Source: Candidatus Rokuibacteriota bacterium
Lineage (GTDB): Bacteria; Methylomirabilota; Methylomirabilia; Rokubacteriales; CSP1-6
Direction: 5' to 3'
DNA: 64,000 nucleotides
NCBI GenBank assembly: GCA_030647435.1
Contig: JAUSJX010000141.1
Location: 52,394-116,393, forward strand
A program made the translations under genes and the position numbers. Shown here piece after piece: positions 15,768-24,688 of the stretch (the first letter of the stretch is position 1; each line of letters starts with the position of its first letter). A model generated the notes under the pieces. It saw only the letters and a program-made list of their open reading frames with translations, was not told where the DNA came from and ran no database searches.

Positions 15768-16802
15768 TTAGGTGGCCCCGCTCTTCTGCGACCTTGCAAG
15801 TCCATCAATGAAGCGATCGATCTCAGCGCGGTTGGCAAAAAAACCTTGAAACCCTTCGTAATCTGGACCAGCGGTCTCGTAGTAGATCCATGGATCGCGG
15901 CGCGGCGGCAGCATCGCCAGGTCGGCGTCCTCCGACAGGTTCAAAAAGGAGCGGAGCCGGAGGGAGTAGAGCTGAAACCGGAGTCCGTCACTCGCGTTGC
16001 TCTCTTGCGGGATGAGGCTGACGACAGTCTTTTTGCCCCCGTTGAAAACACCAGTGAAGCCGATGGAGCTTCGGGTCGTGTGCTTCTGGAAATAGCGCTC
16101 TAAATTGGCTACCGCGTGGCGGTATGGCTCCTGCACCCCCTTCTCTGCCGCTATCGCGTCCAACTCCTCGTAGGTGAGGTTCGGACGGCGCTTCGACGCG
16201 CCCTTCGTACGACTCTGCAGCTCTACCTGGGCCGGCTCAATCAAGAAAACGCGGGCGAGAAGTTCTGGCCCGTTCTGCTCTTTGAAGTACTGGAAGGTTG
16301 CGGCGTTGATGTTGACGCCGTACGTGTCTGAGAGGTACTTGATAATTCGCTCTGAGCTCGCGTGGATTTGCGAAGCGACGATAAGGAGGCGGTGATTCTC
16401 GTTCAGGGTCTCGGGAAGATCTGCGTCGAACCGACCTTTGAACGCTTCTTCGAGCTTACCCTGACCGAGGTAGGCTTCGCCTATGGCCGTGATCCGTTCG
16501 TTCGACAGGTCCTTGACCCAGGACCCGTAGTCGAGAATCTGCGCGGTGATCTCGCGCGGGGTCTTGTCTCGCTTCAGCTCAACCACCACTACATCTCCTG
16601 CGTGGTCGAGGCAGAGCAGGTCAATGAAGCCACCGAAGTCCGTCTCGACCTGGCGGCCTATAACCAGCAGGCCCGGGCTGAGCACGGAGATGTCACGCTC
16701 CAGCCAATCTTCGAGCCGGGCTTCGAGATCGAGCGGGGATCGAGCGATCTCGCGCAGGGTATCGCTGCCTTGGATCCTCCAGAGTCGCACTTCCTCAGGC
16801 AT
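15768..16802 (-). CDS. PD-(D/E)xK nuclease, NucS/DUF91-like N-terminal domain with an uncharacterised C-terminal extension of about 200 aa
   Basis: 344 aa. LEDWLERDISVLSPGLLVIGRQVETDFGGFIDLLCLDHAGDVVVVELKRDKTPREITAQILDYG gives the D...ExK and QxxxY pattern. Gene is about 52% G+C. Confidence 0.65.
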   Translation of the reverse strand: MPEEVRLWRIQGSDTLREIARSPLDLEARLEDWLERDISVLSPGLLVIGRQVETDFGGFIDLLCLDHAGDVVVVELKRDKTPREITAQILDYGSWVKDLSNERITAIGEAYLGQGKLEEAFKGRFDADLPETLNENHRLLIVASQIHASSERIIKYLSDTYGVNINAATFQYFKEQNGPELLARVFLIEPAQVELQSRTKGASKRRPNLTYEELDAIAAEKGVQEPYRHAVANLERYFQKHTTRSSIGFTGVFNGGKKTVVSLIPQESNASDGLRFQLYSLRLRSFLNLSEDADLAMLPPRRDPWIYYETAGPDYEGFQGFFANRAEIDRFIDGLARSQKSGAT

Positions 16803-17143
16803 GTTCGATTCTCTTCTCTAGACCACCTAAGAATTGGACGGAACCATCTAGAAACAGTGACGCAGCGCGCGTTGCATCATAGCAGGGACGGAGGCCACGG
16901 ACAGGAGCAGCGAGATCAGCGCGGAACATCGACACGTTGCGGCGTCCCGTGGTGTGGAGGACGTCCGTGCTATGCGGAACTTTCGAGTCCATTCCGAGGC
17001 GGCGCTTTCGCGGCGAAGAGTCAAGCGCGTCATGCCTGGAAAATTCGGGCCCCTTATGCTCGGTCAGGCCTTTGCGAACGCGCAGCGAATCACGCCGGGC
17101 GACAGCCGACGCCCCGCTCGCGCCAGCCGCCGTCCATATCAGG

Positions 17144-18097
17144 TCACTCGTGGGCGTGCAGGAACTCCCGCCACGCCACGCGGTGCCCGCGCAGGAAGTA
17201 GCCCAGCATGACGCCGGACGCCAGGAGATTGCCCGCGAGGATGGTCCACCACGTGATGGCCTCGAGCAGCCACTGGGCGAGCGCCGCGATCATGGCGAAC
17301 GTGAACACCTCGAAGCAGCAGAAGAGCATGATGAAGGCGAAGAGTAGGGTCGGCTCTCTGTCGGCCAGCGTGAGCAGTGAGGCCGCGATCCAGCCGAAGA
17401 AGACGAAGGCCAGGCCGTGGAAGGCCGTGTACTCGGCGACGAGCGGCATGCTGATCACGAGCGCCGACGGGTCACGCAGGCCGTGGAAGAGCGCGGCGCC
17501 CAGGAGCGCGGGCGTGCGGAGCGGCACGCCCGCCGCGACGTCGTAGAGGAGAAACCACACCGCGACCACCCCCGCCCCGAGCATCCCCGACACGAGCCCC
17601 TCGCGGGCGATGCGGGTCCAGGGGCCGAGCAGCATCCGGCCGAGCGAACGGTACCCCACGAAGAAGTAGACGAGCATGCCTCCCGCGGCGAGCGCGTTCG
17701 CGGCGAGAATCGCCCACCATCCGAGCTCGGTCACCACCGGGTGCGCCCACCATGTGAGCACGGCCAGAAAAGCGACCTCGAAGGACATGAGCGCGATGAA
17801 CACCATGAGCAGGCGGCTCGGCTGGCTCTGCGCGGAGACGATCAGGTAGGCGATCAGGACGCCGAAGAGCGCGAAGATCACGCCGTGGAGCACGGTGTAC
17901 TGCACGACCAGCCCCGGCGAGACCGTGACGGCCGACGGATCGCGGAGGCCCTGCAGCGCCGCCGCGCCGAGCAGCGCCGGCGTGCGGAGCGGCTGGCCGC
18001 GCGCGGCGTCGTAGATGAGAAACCAGGCGGCAACGATGGCCGCCCCGATGAGGCCGGCGATGATGCCTTCGCGGAAATAGCGGGATCGGGAACCCAT
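17144..18097 (-). CDS. Integral membrane protein with an internal tandem duplication
   Basis: 317 aa. GAGGAGG lies upstream of the ATG. The two halves align: REGIIAGLIGAAIVAAWFLIYDAARGQPLRTPALLGAA versus REGLVSGMLGAGVVAVWFLLYDVAAGVPLRTPALLGAA. About 4 TM segments per half. Confidence 0.75.
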   Translation of the reverse strand: MGSRSRYFREGIIAGLIGAAIVAAWFLIYDAARGQPLRTPALLGAAALQGLRDPSAVTVSPGLVVQYTVLHGVIFALFGVLIAYLIVSAQSQPSRLLMVFIALMSFEVAFLAVLTWWAHPVVTELGWWAILAANALAAGGMLVYFFVGYRSLGRMLLGPWTRIAREGLVSGMLGAGVVAVWFLLYDVAAGVPLRTPALLGAALFHGLRDPSALVISMPLVAEYTAFHGLAFVFFGWIAASLLTLADREPTLLFAFIMLFCCFEVFTFAMIAALAQWLLEAITWWTILAGNLLASGVMLGYFLRGHRVAWREFLHAHE

Positions 18098-18200
18098 GGG
18101 AAGCCTCCTCTGGAGAGCGGTCGGGCCCGGGCCTGTGGATCCTTGATCCCGGGTGTACCACCGTCCCGGCTGGAGAACAACCGGGAGGTGCGCCGGTGCG

Positions 18201-19235
18201 CTACCTCGGACCAGAGGCCGGGGGGTCGGGGGCCAGGCGCACGACCATCTTGCCCAGGTTGTCGCCGGAGAAGAGGCCGAGGAAGGCCTTGGGCGCGTTC
18301 TCGATGCCCTCGACTACGGTCTCTTCCCGCTTGATGCGCCCGGCCTTGAGCCAGCCGCCCACCTCGCCGACGAATTCTCCGTAGCGGTCGAAGTGGTCGG
18401 AGATGATGAAGCCCTGCATGAGGGTGCGGTTGGCGATCATGGAGAAGAGGTAGCGCGGGCCGGGGTCGGGGATCTCCAGGTTGTACTGCGAGATCATGCC
18501 GCAGAGGGGGATGCGGGAGAGCGGGTTGAGCAGGCGCAGCACGGCGTCGAGGATCGGCCCGCCCACGTTCTCGAAGTAGACGTCGACGCCCTTGGGGCAG
18601 GCCTGGCGGAGCGCGTCGACGCAGTCACCGGCCGTCTTGTAGTTGATGGCGGCGTCCGCCCCCAGCTCGCGCCTGACATAGGCGCACTTCTCGTCGGTGC
18701 CGGCCGTGCCCACGACGCGGCAGCCCAGGATCTTGCCCATCTGGACGACGAGCGAGCCCGTCGCTCCGGCGGCGCCGGAGACCACGAGCGTCTCGCCGGC
18801 CTTGGGCTTGCCGATCTCCTTGAGCCCGTACCAGCCCGTGAAACCGGGGACACCGAGGACGCCAAGGTAGGCCGGCAGCGGCAGCGAGGCATCGACCGGC
18901 GTGATGCCCTCGCCCGCCGAGACGAAGTACTCGCGCCAGCCCTGCATGTTGCTGACGACCGCGCCTTCCTTGAGCTTGGGATGATTCGACTTCAGCACCT
19001 GCCCCACGGCGCGCCCGTCGAGCGGCTTGCCGACTTCGAAGGGCGGCGAGTACGACTTGCGGTCGTTCATGCGGCCTCGCATATACGGGTCCACCGACAT
19101 CCAGATGTTGCGCACGAGGATCTGGCCTGGCCCCGGCTCGGGCACGGGCGTCGTCTCGAGCCTGAAGTCGGTGGCCTTCGGCATGCCCGCGGGGCGGGCA
19201 GCGAGGACGATCTGCCGGTTCACGAGTGCGGTCAT
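18201..19235 (-). CDS. NADP-dependent oxidoreductase, MDR superfamily (YncB/CurA/PTGR1-like)
   Basis: 344 aa. ILVRNIWMSVDPYMRGRM and VSGAAGATGSLVVQMGK motifs. ATGA overlap with rnd. Confidence 0.85.
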   Translation of the reverse strand: MTALVNRQIVLAARPAGMPKATDFRLETTPVPEPGPGQILVRNIWMSVDPYMRGRMNDRKSYSPPFEVGKPLDGRAVGQVLKSNHPKLKEGAVVSNMQGWREYFVSAGEGITPVDASLPLPAYLGVLGVPGFTGWYGLKEIGKPKAGETLVVSGAAGATGSLVVQMGKILGCRVVGTAGTDEKCAYVRRELGADAAINYKTAGDCVDALRQACPKGVDVYFENVGGPILDAVLRLLNPLSRIPLCGMISQYNLEIPDPGPRYLFSMIANRTLMQGFIISDHFDRYGEFVGEVGGWLKAGRIKREETVVEGIENAPKAFLGLFSGDNLGKMVVRLAPDPPASGPR

Positions 19236-20362
19236 TCGAGCCTCCTCAAGAGATCGGCGCCGAAGAGCTCGGCGCGCCAGCGCCCGACACCTTCCACGCG
19301 CGCGAGGGCATCGAGGTCGCGCGGCGGATCATGGGCCAGCCTGTCGATCAGGCGCTGCGGGAAAATCACGCCCGCGTCGAGCTCCACGAGCTTGGCGGCC
19401 TCGACGCGCCAGGCGCGGAGCGCCTCGCTCCGCCGCTGGACGGCGCCGGAGGCGCGGGGCCGCGGGTTCGGGCGCCGCACGGGCAGCTCGGCGTCCAGCA
19501 CGGTCAGGCCGCGCTCGACGGCCGCCAGGATCGCCTCGCCCGCTCGGCGCACCACGTTGATCGTGCACCCCTTGACCGTGAGGATCGAGTTGCTGTCCCG
19601 AGGCTTGAGCACCGCCAGCGCCACCAGCACCTCGTTGCCCAGAATCATGAAGGGCGGGCGGTCGAGCTTGATCGCCAGCGTCTCGCGCGCCTGGTGGAGC
19701 TCGCGCAGCACGGCGAGCCCGCGGCCGTCGAGGTCCTTGGCGGCCTTGAGCTTCATGTAGGCGTCGGGGTCGGCAGCCTTCTCGGGAGCGGGCATGGCGG
19801 CGATCAACGCGCACTCCTCCTCGACCCAGAGCTCGCGCCCCTTGGCGCGCAAAGCCTCCAACAGCTTCTGCCGCAAAGGTATCAGGTGGAGCACGTCGTT
19901 GAGCGCGTAGGTCTCCTGGGCCGGGCTCAGCGGGCGCTTGGACCAGTCGTCTTTCTGGCGCGAGGGACCCGGGTCCACGCCGATGAAGTCGCGCAGGAGC
20001 CCGTCGAGCGACAGCGACGTCACGCCGAGAAAGCGCGCGGCGATGGCCGTGTCGAAGATGTTGGCGACGGAGAACCCGTAGAGCCGCTTGAGATAGCCGA
20101 GATCGTTGTCGGCTGCGTGCAGCACCTTGACCACGCCCGCGTCCGCGAAGAAGGGTCCGAGCGGCTGGAGCGTGGGTAGCGCGAGCGGATCTATTAGGTG
20201 TCCCCGGCCCCGGTCGTCGGCCACCTGCACCAGGCAGAGCTTGACCGGATGGTGGTGGAGGCCGTCGGCCTCGGTGTCGATGCAGAGCGTCTTGGCCCCC
20301 CGCAGGGACACGACGAGCGCGTCGAGCTCCTCGGGGGTCCGTATCCAGAGTGGGGCGGCCAT
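19232..20362 (-). CDS. rnd: Ribonuclease D (DEDD 3'-5' exonuclease plus HRDC domain)
   Basis: 376 aa. [22 protein letters not shown] and YALNDVLHL exonuclease motifs, with a C-terminal HRDC-like region. Confidence 0.85.
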   Translation of the reverse strand: MAAPLWIRTPEELDALVVSLRGAKTLCIDTEADGLHHHPVKLCLVQVADDRGRGHLIDPLALPTLQPLGPFFADAGVVKVLHAADNDLGYLKRLYGFSVANIFDTAIAARFLGVTSLSLDGLLRDFIGVDPGPSRQKDDWSKRPLSPAQETYALNDVLHLIPLRQKLLEALRAKGRELWVEEECALIAAMPAPEKAADPDAYMKLKAAKDLDGRGLAVLRELHQARETLAIKLDRPPFMILGNEVLVALAVLKPRDSNSILTVKGCTINVVRRAGEAILAAVERGLTVLDAELPVRRPNPRPRASGAVQRRSEALRAWRVEAAKLVELDAGVIFPQRLIDRLAHDPPRDLDALARVEGVGRWRAELFGADLLRRLE

Positions 20363-20418
20363 GGGTCTCGGTTATACTACCGCGGCAGTCGAGACCCCTG
20401 CCGAGGAGGATTCAATCG

Positions 20419-21186
20419 ATGAAGATCGCGGGATCCGTTGCGGTGATCACGGGCGGCGCGTCGGGGCTGGGCCGGGCGACGGCCGAGCGGCTGCTCGCGG
20501 GCGGCGGCAAGGTCGCGCTCCTCGACCTGCCCAAGTCCGCCGGCGTCGAGGTGGCCAAGCAGATGGGGGGCAATGCCTTCTTCGCGGCCTGCGACGTCAC
20601 CAGCGCCGACGAGGTGACGGCGGCGCTCGAAGCCGCCGCGGCGAAGTTGGGCGCCGTCCACGTGCTGGTCAACTGTGCCGGCATCGGCGCGGCCGAGAAG
20701 GCCTACGGCAAGCGCGGCCCGGCTGATCTCGGGGTATTTACGCGAGTCATCCAGGTCAACCTAATCGGCACCTTCAACTGCATCAGGCTGGCCGCCGCGC
20801 ACATGGCCAAGAACCAACCCAACGAGGAGGGCGAGCGGGGCGTGGTGGTCAACACCGCCTCCGTCGCCGCCTTCGATGGCCAGATCGGCCAGGCGGCCTA
20901 CTCGGCCTCCAAGGGCGGCATCGTCGGCATGACGCTGCCCATCGCCCGCGACCTTGCGGACCTGGGCATCCGCGTCTGCACCATCGCGCCCGGGCTCTTC
21001 GACACCCCGCTCCTGGCGGGGCTGCCGGAGCCCGCGCGCGTGTCGCTCGGCAAGCAGGTCCCGTTCCCCCCTCGCCTCGGGCGCCCGGCCGAGTACGGCG
21101 CCCTCGCAGCCCACATCGTCGAGAACACCATGCTCAACGGCGAGACCATCAGGCTGGACGGGGCGATCAGAATGCAGCCCCGCTAG
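20419..21186 (+). CDS. SDR, 3-hydroxyacyl-CoA dehydrogenase type 2 (HSD10)-like
   Basis: ATG at 20419 is preceded by [42 protein letters not shown]. Confidence 0.85.
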   Translation: MKIAGSVAVITGGASGLGRATAERLLAGGGKVALLDLPKSAGVEVAKQMGGNAFFAACDVTSADEVTAALEAAAAKLGAVHVLVNCAGIGAAEKAYGKRGPADLGVFTRVIQVNLIGTFNCIRLAAAHMAKNQPNEEGERGVVVNTASVAAFDGQIGQAAYSASKGGIVGMTLPIARDLADLGIRVCTIAPGLFDTPLLAGLPEPARVSLGKQVPFPPRLGRPAEYGALAAHIVENTMLNGETIRLDGAIRMQPR

Positions 21187-21365
21187 TGTCCTGAGTGAGA
21201 AACTCGTTGGCAATCTGCCGGGCGGGGAGCCGGGTGGGGCAGGGGGCCCTCCCCTGCTGACCTCGCTGACCGGAAACTGTCAAGAAGAACGAGACACCGG
21301 GTTCGCGAGATCAGTGTAGGAGCGCCCTCCCGTCGCTCGGGTCTGGCGTGTCTGGAGGCCGAGGA

Positions 21366-21428
21366 GGGCGATAAGCGCAGCGACTCACATGCCGGGGATC
21401 ACTGGTTCAAGTCCAGTGTCGTCCACCA
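21366..21428 (+). other. tRNA-like 3' end (T-arm, acceptor 3' strand and ACCA) without a recognisable D or anticodon arm; likely an att-site or tRNA-gene remnant
   Basis: ACTGG-TTCAAGT-CCAGT T-arm at 21401-21417, then GTCGTCC-A-CCA ending at 21428. The only upstream complement, GGGCGAT (21366-21372), lies just 28 nt before the T-arm. Confidence 0.45.
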
Positions 21429-21434
21429 TTTTCG

Positions 21435-21472
21435 GCGCGGGGTTGCAACCCACCCCGCGCTGTTGCTTTTCT
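21435..21472 (+). terminator. Rho-independent terminator following the tRNA-like end
   Basis: GCGCGGGG (21435-21442), 10-nt loop, CCCCGCGC (21453-21460), followed by TGTTGCTTTTCT. Confidence 0.7.
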
Positions 21473-21505
21473 GCCGGTGCCGAAATAGTGCCACTTGAGC
21501 TCCGG

Positions 21506-22309
21506 TCACGCGATCGCGGACGCGCTCTCGTTGTCCGGTACCGCGGCCTTGACGGGGTGCGGCTCCAGGGCTCGAATGGCGTCGCGGAGATGCCCCGGCG
21601 AGAGGTGCTGATAACGCATCGTCATCCGCGGATCGCGGTGGCCGAGAATCTCCATGATGCTTCGCTGAGGGACGCCGGCCATAGTGAGCATGCTGCCCGC
21701 GTGATGGCGGAGGTCGTGGAATCGGAGGTTGGGCATCTCGAGGTCGGCCACCAGGCGCGCGAAGCCGCGGGAGATCACTTTAGGCTCGCGCTCAGGAAGG
21801 ACGGGCGCCTCCGGTGAGAGCGGGCGGGGGAGCGCGGCGAAGGTTTCACGCAGCGTGTCCGTCATCGGAACCGAGCGTGCGTACCCGTTCTTGGTGTGCC
21901 GGAAGGTGATGGTCCGCGCCCGCATGTCCACGTCAGCCCATCGGAGGCGCACGAGCTCGCTTCGCCGAGCCCCTGTGTGGAGCGCGGCCAATATGTAGAG
22001 TCGGAGCGCGGAGTTGGGCGCCTGTCGCGCCGTCCATATCCGCCCGTTGTTCGCCTTCACCGTCACGTCGGCGCCGTTCAAGAGCTTCTCGTACTCCTCG
22101 GGCGAGAGATACCGGACCCGCCCTGGCGCTTCCTTCGCCTTCTTGAGCGCCCGCGCCGGGCTCGCCTTGAGATACCCCCACGTGACGGCGCGGCCGAGCA
22201 GATGCTTGAGCCGGGCCAGCTCCTTGTTGGCGGTGGTGGGAGAGACCTGGCCGAGCCGCTCGGCGTACCACGTCTCCATGCCCTCCTGCCGGAGGCTGGA
22301 GAGCTTCAT
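21506..22309 (-). CDS. Tyrosine recombinase / phage-type integrase, apparently 5'-truncated
   Basis: 267 aa. Catalytic pattern GARRSEL ... HDLRH ... LGH ... MRYQHL. The integrase-like frame continues upstream of the Met (VVNRDFRYILPRFGD) but is closed by an in-frame TGA at 22358-22360. Confidence 0.75.
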   Translation of the reverse strand: MKLSSLRQEGMETWYAERLGQVSPTTANKELARLKHLLGRAVTWGYLKASPARALKKAKEAPGRVRYLSPEEYEKLLNGADVTVKANNGRIWTARQAPNSALRLYILAALHTGARRSELVRLRWADVDMRARTITFRHTKNGYARSVPMTDTLRETFAALPRPLSPEAPVLPEREPKVISRGFARLVADLEMPNLRFHDLRHHAGSMLTMAGVPQRSIMEILGHRDPRMTMRYQHLSPGHLRDAIRALEPHPVKAAVPDNESASAIA

Positions 22310-22430
22310 GTCGCCGAAGCGCGGGAGGATGTATCGGAAATCCCGGTTGACAACACCTCATCGGCCATGCAAGCGTAGTGGCCCTGCGGCGGCCGGAGTC
22401 GCGGGCGGGCAAACGCAAAGGAGGTCCACG

Positions 22431-23681
22431 ATGTCCAGGGCGAAGAGCGTGCTCAGCGGTATCCTCGTGCTCGCGGTGGTCGGCGGGCTGGCGTCAGGGG
22501 CGATGTCGGCCGATCCCATCCGGGTGGCCTACGTCGATCCGCTTTCGGGGCCGTTCGCGGCGACCGGCGAGAACGGACTCAAGCAGTTCCGCTTCGCCGC
22601 GGACCAGATCAATCGCGCGGGCGGCGTGCTCGGCCGGCAGATCGAGATCGTGCCCTTCGACAACAAGGTCAGCCCGCAGGAGAGCCTGATCCAGCTCAAG
22701 AAGGTCATCGGTGACGGGATCCCCTTCGTCTTCCAGGGCAACAGCTCGGGCGTGGCCCACGCCATCTCGGACGCGGTCCTCAAGCACAACGAGCGCAATC
22801 CGGGCAGCCGCGTCCTCTATCTGAACTACTCAGCCGTCGACCCCGCGCTCACGAACGAGAAGTGCCACTACTGGCACTTCCGCTTTGACGCCCACGCCGA
22901 CATGAAGATGGCGGCGCTGACCGACGTCATCAAGGCCAAGACCAAGATCAAGAAGATCTACGTCATCGGCCAGGACTACTCGTTCGGGAAGGCGGTGGCC
23001 GAAGCCGCCGTCAGCATGCTCAAGGCCAAGCGGCCCGACATCCAGATCGTCGGCAACGAGCTGCACCCGATCGGCAAGGTGCTGGACTTCTCGCCGTACG
23101 TACAGAAAATCCTCGCCTCCGGCGCCGACGCCGTCATCACCGGCAACTGGGGCGCCGACATGGTGAACCTGGCCAAGGCCGCCAACGACGGTGGGTTGAA
23201 GGTGCCTTTCTACACCTACTACGCGGCCTCCGACGGCGTCACCGCCGCCATCGGCGCCGCCGGCATCGACCGCATCCGGCTCGTCCACGAGACCAACCCC
23301 GGCAACCCGAGCGCGCCCAAGGCGTTGGGCGACTACATCACGGGGTACAAGAAGGTGAACCACGAGGGCGACGTCAACCAGCCCCGCATCAACACGGGCG
23401 TCAACATGCTCGCCCTGGCCATCAAGAAGGCGGGCACCGTGGACGTCGACAAGGTGGCCGCCGCCCTCGAGGGCATGGAGTGGACCACGCTGGGCGGCGA
23501 TCAGGTCGTCATGCGACGCGAGGATCACCAGCTCCAGATGCCCATCTACATCTCCGTGCACACCAACAAGGGCATCACCTACGACTTCGACAACTCCGGC
23601 TTTGGGCTGTCGCTCGAGAGCAAGATCGATCGTGCGAAGGCCACGCAGCCCACGACCTGTAAGATGGCGCGGCCGGGCTAG
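22431..23681 (+). CDS. Liv/HAAT-family ABC transporter substrate-binding protein
   Basis: ATG at 22431 is preceded by AAAGGAGG. Signal peptide MSRAKSVLSGILVLAVVGGLASGAMSA, then IRVAYVDPLSGPFAATGENG, typical of the LivJ/K fold. Confidence 0.85.
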   Translation: MSRAKSVLSGILVLAVVGGLASGAMSADPIRVAYVDPLSGPFAATGENGLKQFRFAADQINRAGGVLGRQIEIVPFDNKVSPQESLIQLKKVIGDGIPFVFQGNSSGVAHAISDAVLKHNERNPGSRVLYLNYSAVDPALTNEKCHYWHFRFDAHADMKMAALTDVIKAKTKIKKIYVIGQDYSFGKAVAEAAVSMLKAKRPDIQIVGNELHPIGKVLDFSPYVQKILASGADAVITGNWGADMVNLAKAANDGGLKVPFYTYYAASDGVTAAIGAAGIDRIRLVHETNPGNPSAPKALGDYITGYKKVNHEGDVNQPRINTGVNMLALAIKKAGTVDVDKVAAALEGMEWTTLGGDQVVMRREDHQLQMPIYISVHTNKGITYDFDNSGFGLSLESKIDRAKATQPTTCKMARPG

Positions 23682-23737
23682 CCCCGGTCGGGCGGAGCCC
23701 GCTGGCCCGGCCGGCGGGCTCCGCACAGCGCGCCACG

Positions 23738-24688
23738 ATGTTCGAGCTCGTCTTCTTCTCCCTGCTGAACGGCCTCGTCTTCGGCCTGCTCCTGTTCATG
23801 CTGTCGAGCGGGCTCACGCTCATCTTCGGCATGATGGGGGTGCTGAACTTCGCCCACGCCGGCTTCTACATGCTGGGGGCCTACTTCGGGTACGCGTTCG
23901 GCCGCGCCGTGGGCTTCGGGCCGGCGCTGGTGATCGCGCCGCTGCTGGTGGGCGCCCTGGGGGTGCTCGTCGAGCGCTACGGGCTGCGCCGCGTGCATCG
24001 GTTCGGGCACGTGCCCGAGCTGATCTTCACGTTCGGCGTCGCCATCGTCATCGAGGAGCTGGTGCCGCTCGTCTGGGGACGGCCCGCCAAGAGTTACGAA
24101 ATCCCCAAGGCCCTCGACTTCGCGCTGTTCCACCTCTTCCACGGCAGCTTCCCGGCCTACAAGGCGTTCATGCTCGCCGTGTCCGTCGCGATCTTCCTGT
24201 TCCTCTTCGCGGCCTTCATGCGCACGCGGGCCGGCCTCATCATCCAGGCCTCGCTCACGCATCCTGGGATGGTGGCCATGCTCGGGCACAACGTCCCCCG
24301 CGTCTTCATGGTCGTCTTCGGCATCGGCTCGGCGCTCGCCGGACTGGCCGGCGTCATCGCCGGCCCCGTGCTGGGCACGTTCCCAGGTATGGCGCAGGTG
24401 CTCGGCAGCATCGTGTTCGTGGTGGTGGTGGTCGGCGGCCTCGGCTCGCTCACCGGCGCGCTGGTGGCCTCGCTACTCATCGGTATTCTTCAAACCTTCG
24501 CGGTGGCGCTCAACGTCTCGGTGGGCAGCGCGCTGATCGCGCTGGGCGTGCCGATCGACGCGGGCGGGGCGCTGCACGACCTGTGGCGTATCACGGTCGC
24601 CCAGGTGGCGCCGATCATGCCGTATTTCCTGCTGGTGTTCATCCTCATCGTGCGGCCCACCGGGCTCTTCGGGACGCGGGAGACGTGA
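23738..24688 (+). CDS. livH: Branched-chain amino acid-type ABC permease (LivH-like)
   Basis: 316 aa, polytopic. MFELVFFSLLNGLVFGLLLFMLSSGLTLIFGMMGVLNFAHAGFYMLGAY. Confidence 0.85.
   Translation: MFELVFFSLLNGLVFGLLLFMLSSGLTLIFGMMGVLNFAHAGFYMLGAYFGYAFGRAVGFGPALVIAPLLVGALGVLVERYGLRRVHRFGHVPELIFTFGVAIVIEELVPLVWGRPAKSYEIPKALDFALFHLFHGSFPAYKAFMLAVSVAIFLFLFAAFMRTRAGLIIQASLTHPGMVAMLGHNVPRVFMVVFGIGSALAGLAGVIAGPVLGTFPGMAQVLGSIVFVVVVVGGLGSLTGALVASLLIGILQTFAVALNVSVGSALIALGVPIDAGGALHDLWRITVAQVAPIMPYFLLVFILIVRPTGLFGTRET

Noticed and set aside
21239-21257. Hairpin GCAGGGG-N5-CCCCTGC after the SDR gene as an intrinsic terminator.
   Set aside because: The stem is short and there is no downstream T-tract.
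21187-21428. tmRNA (ssrA) ending at the ACCA, prompted by the G3:U70-compatible acceptor and by GATAAGCGCAGCGACTCACAT resembling a mycobacterial tmRNA resume region from memory.
   Set aside because: Only 242 nt are available after the SDR stop. I found no GGGG...TTCGAC-type 5' domain, no tag ORF ending in a hydrophobic ...AA stop, and no permuted 5' acceptor strand downstream of the CCA. Left as a tRNA-like fragment pending a covariance-model scan.
21366-21428. A complete but unusual 63-nt tRNA (GGGCGAT acceptor ... ACCA).
   Set aside because: The 28 nt between the acceptor strand and the T-arm form no convincing D or anticodon stems in any register I tried.
22346-22380. A sigma-70 promoter for the first Liv-type operon (TTGACA at 22346-22351).
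   Set aside because: No acceptable -10 hexamer lies at 16-19 nt spacing.
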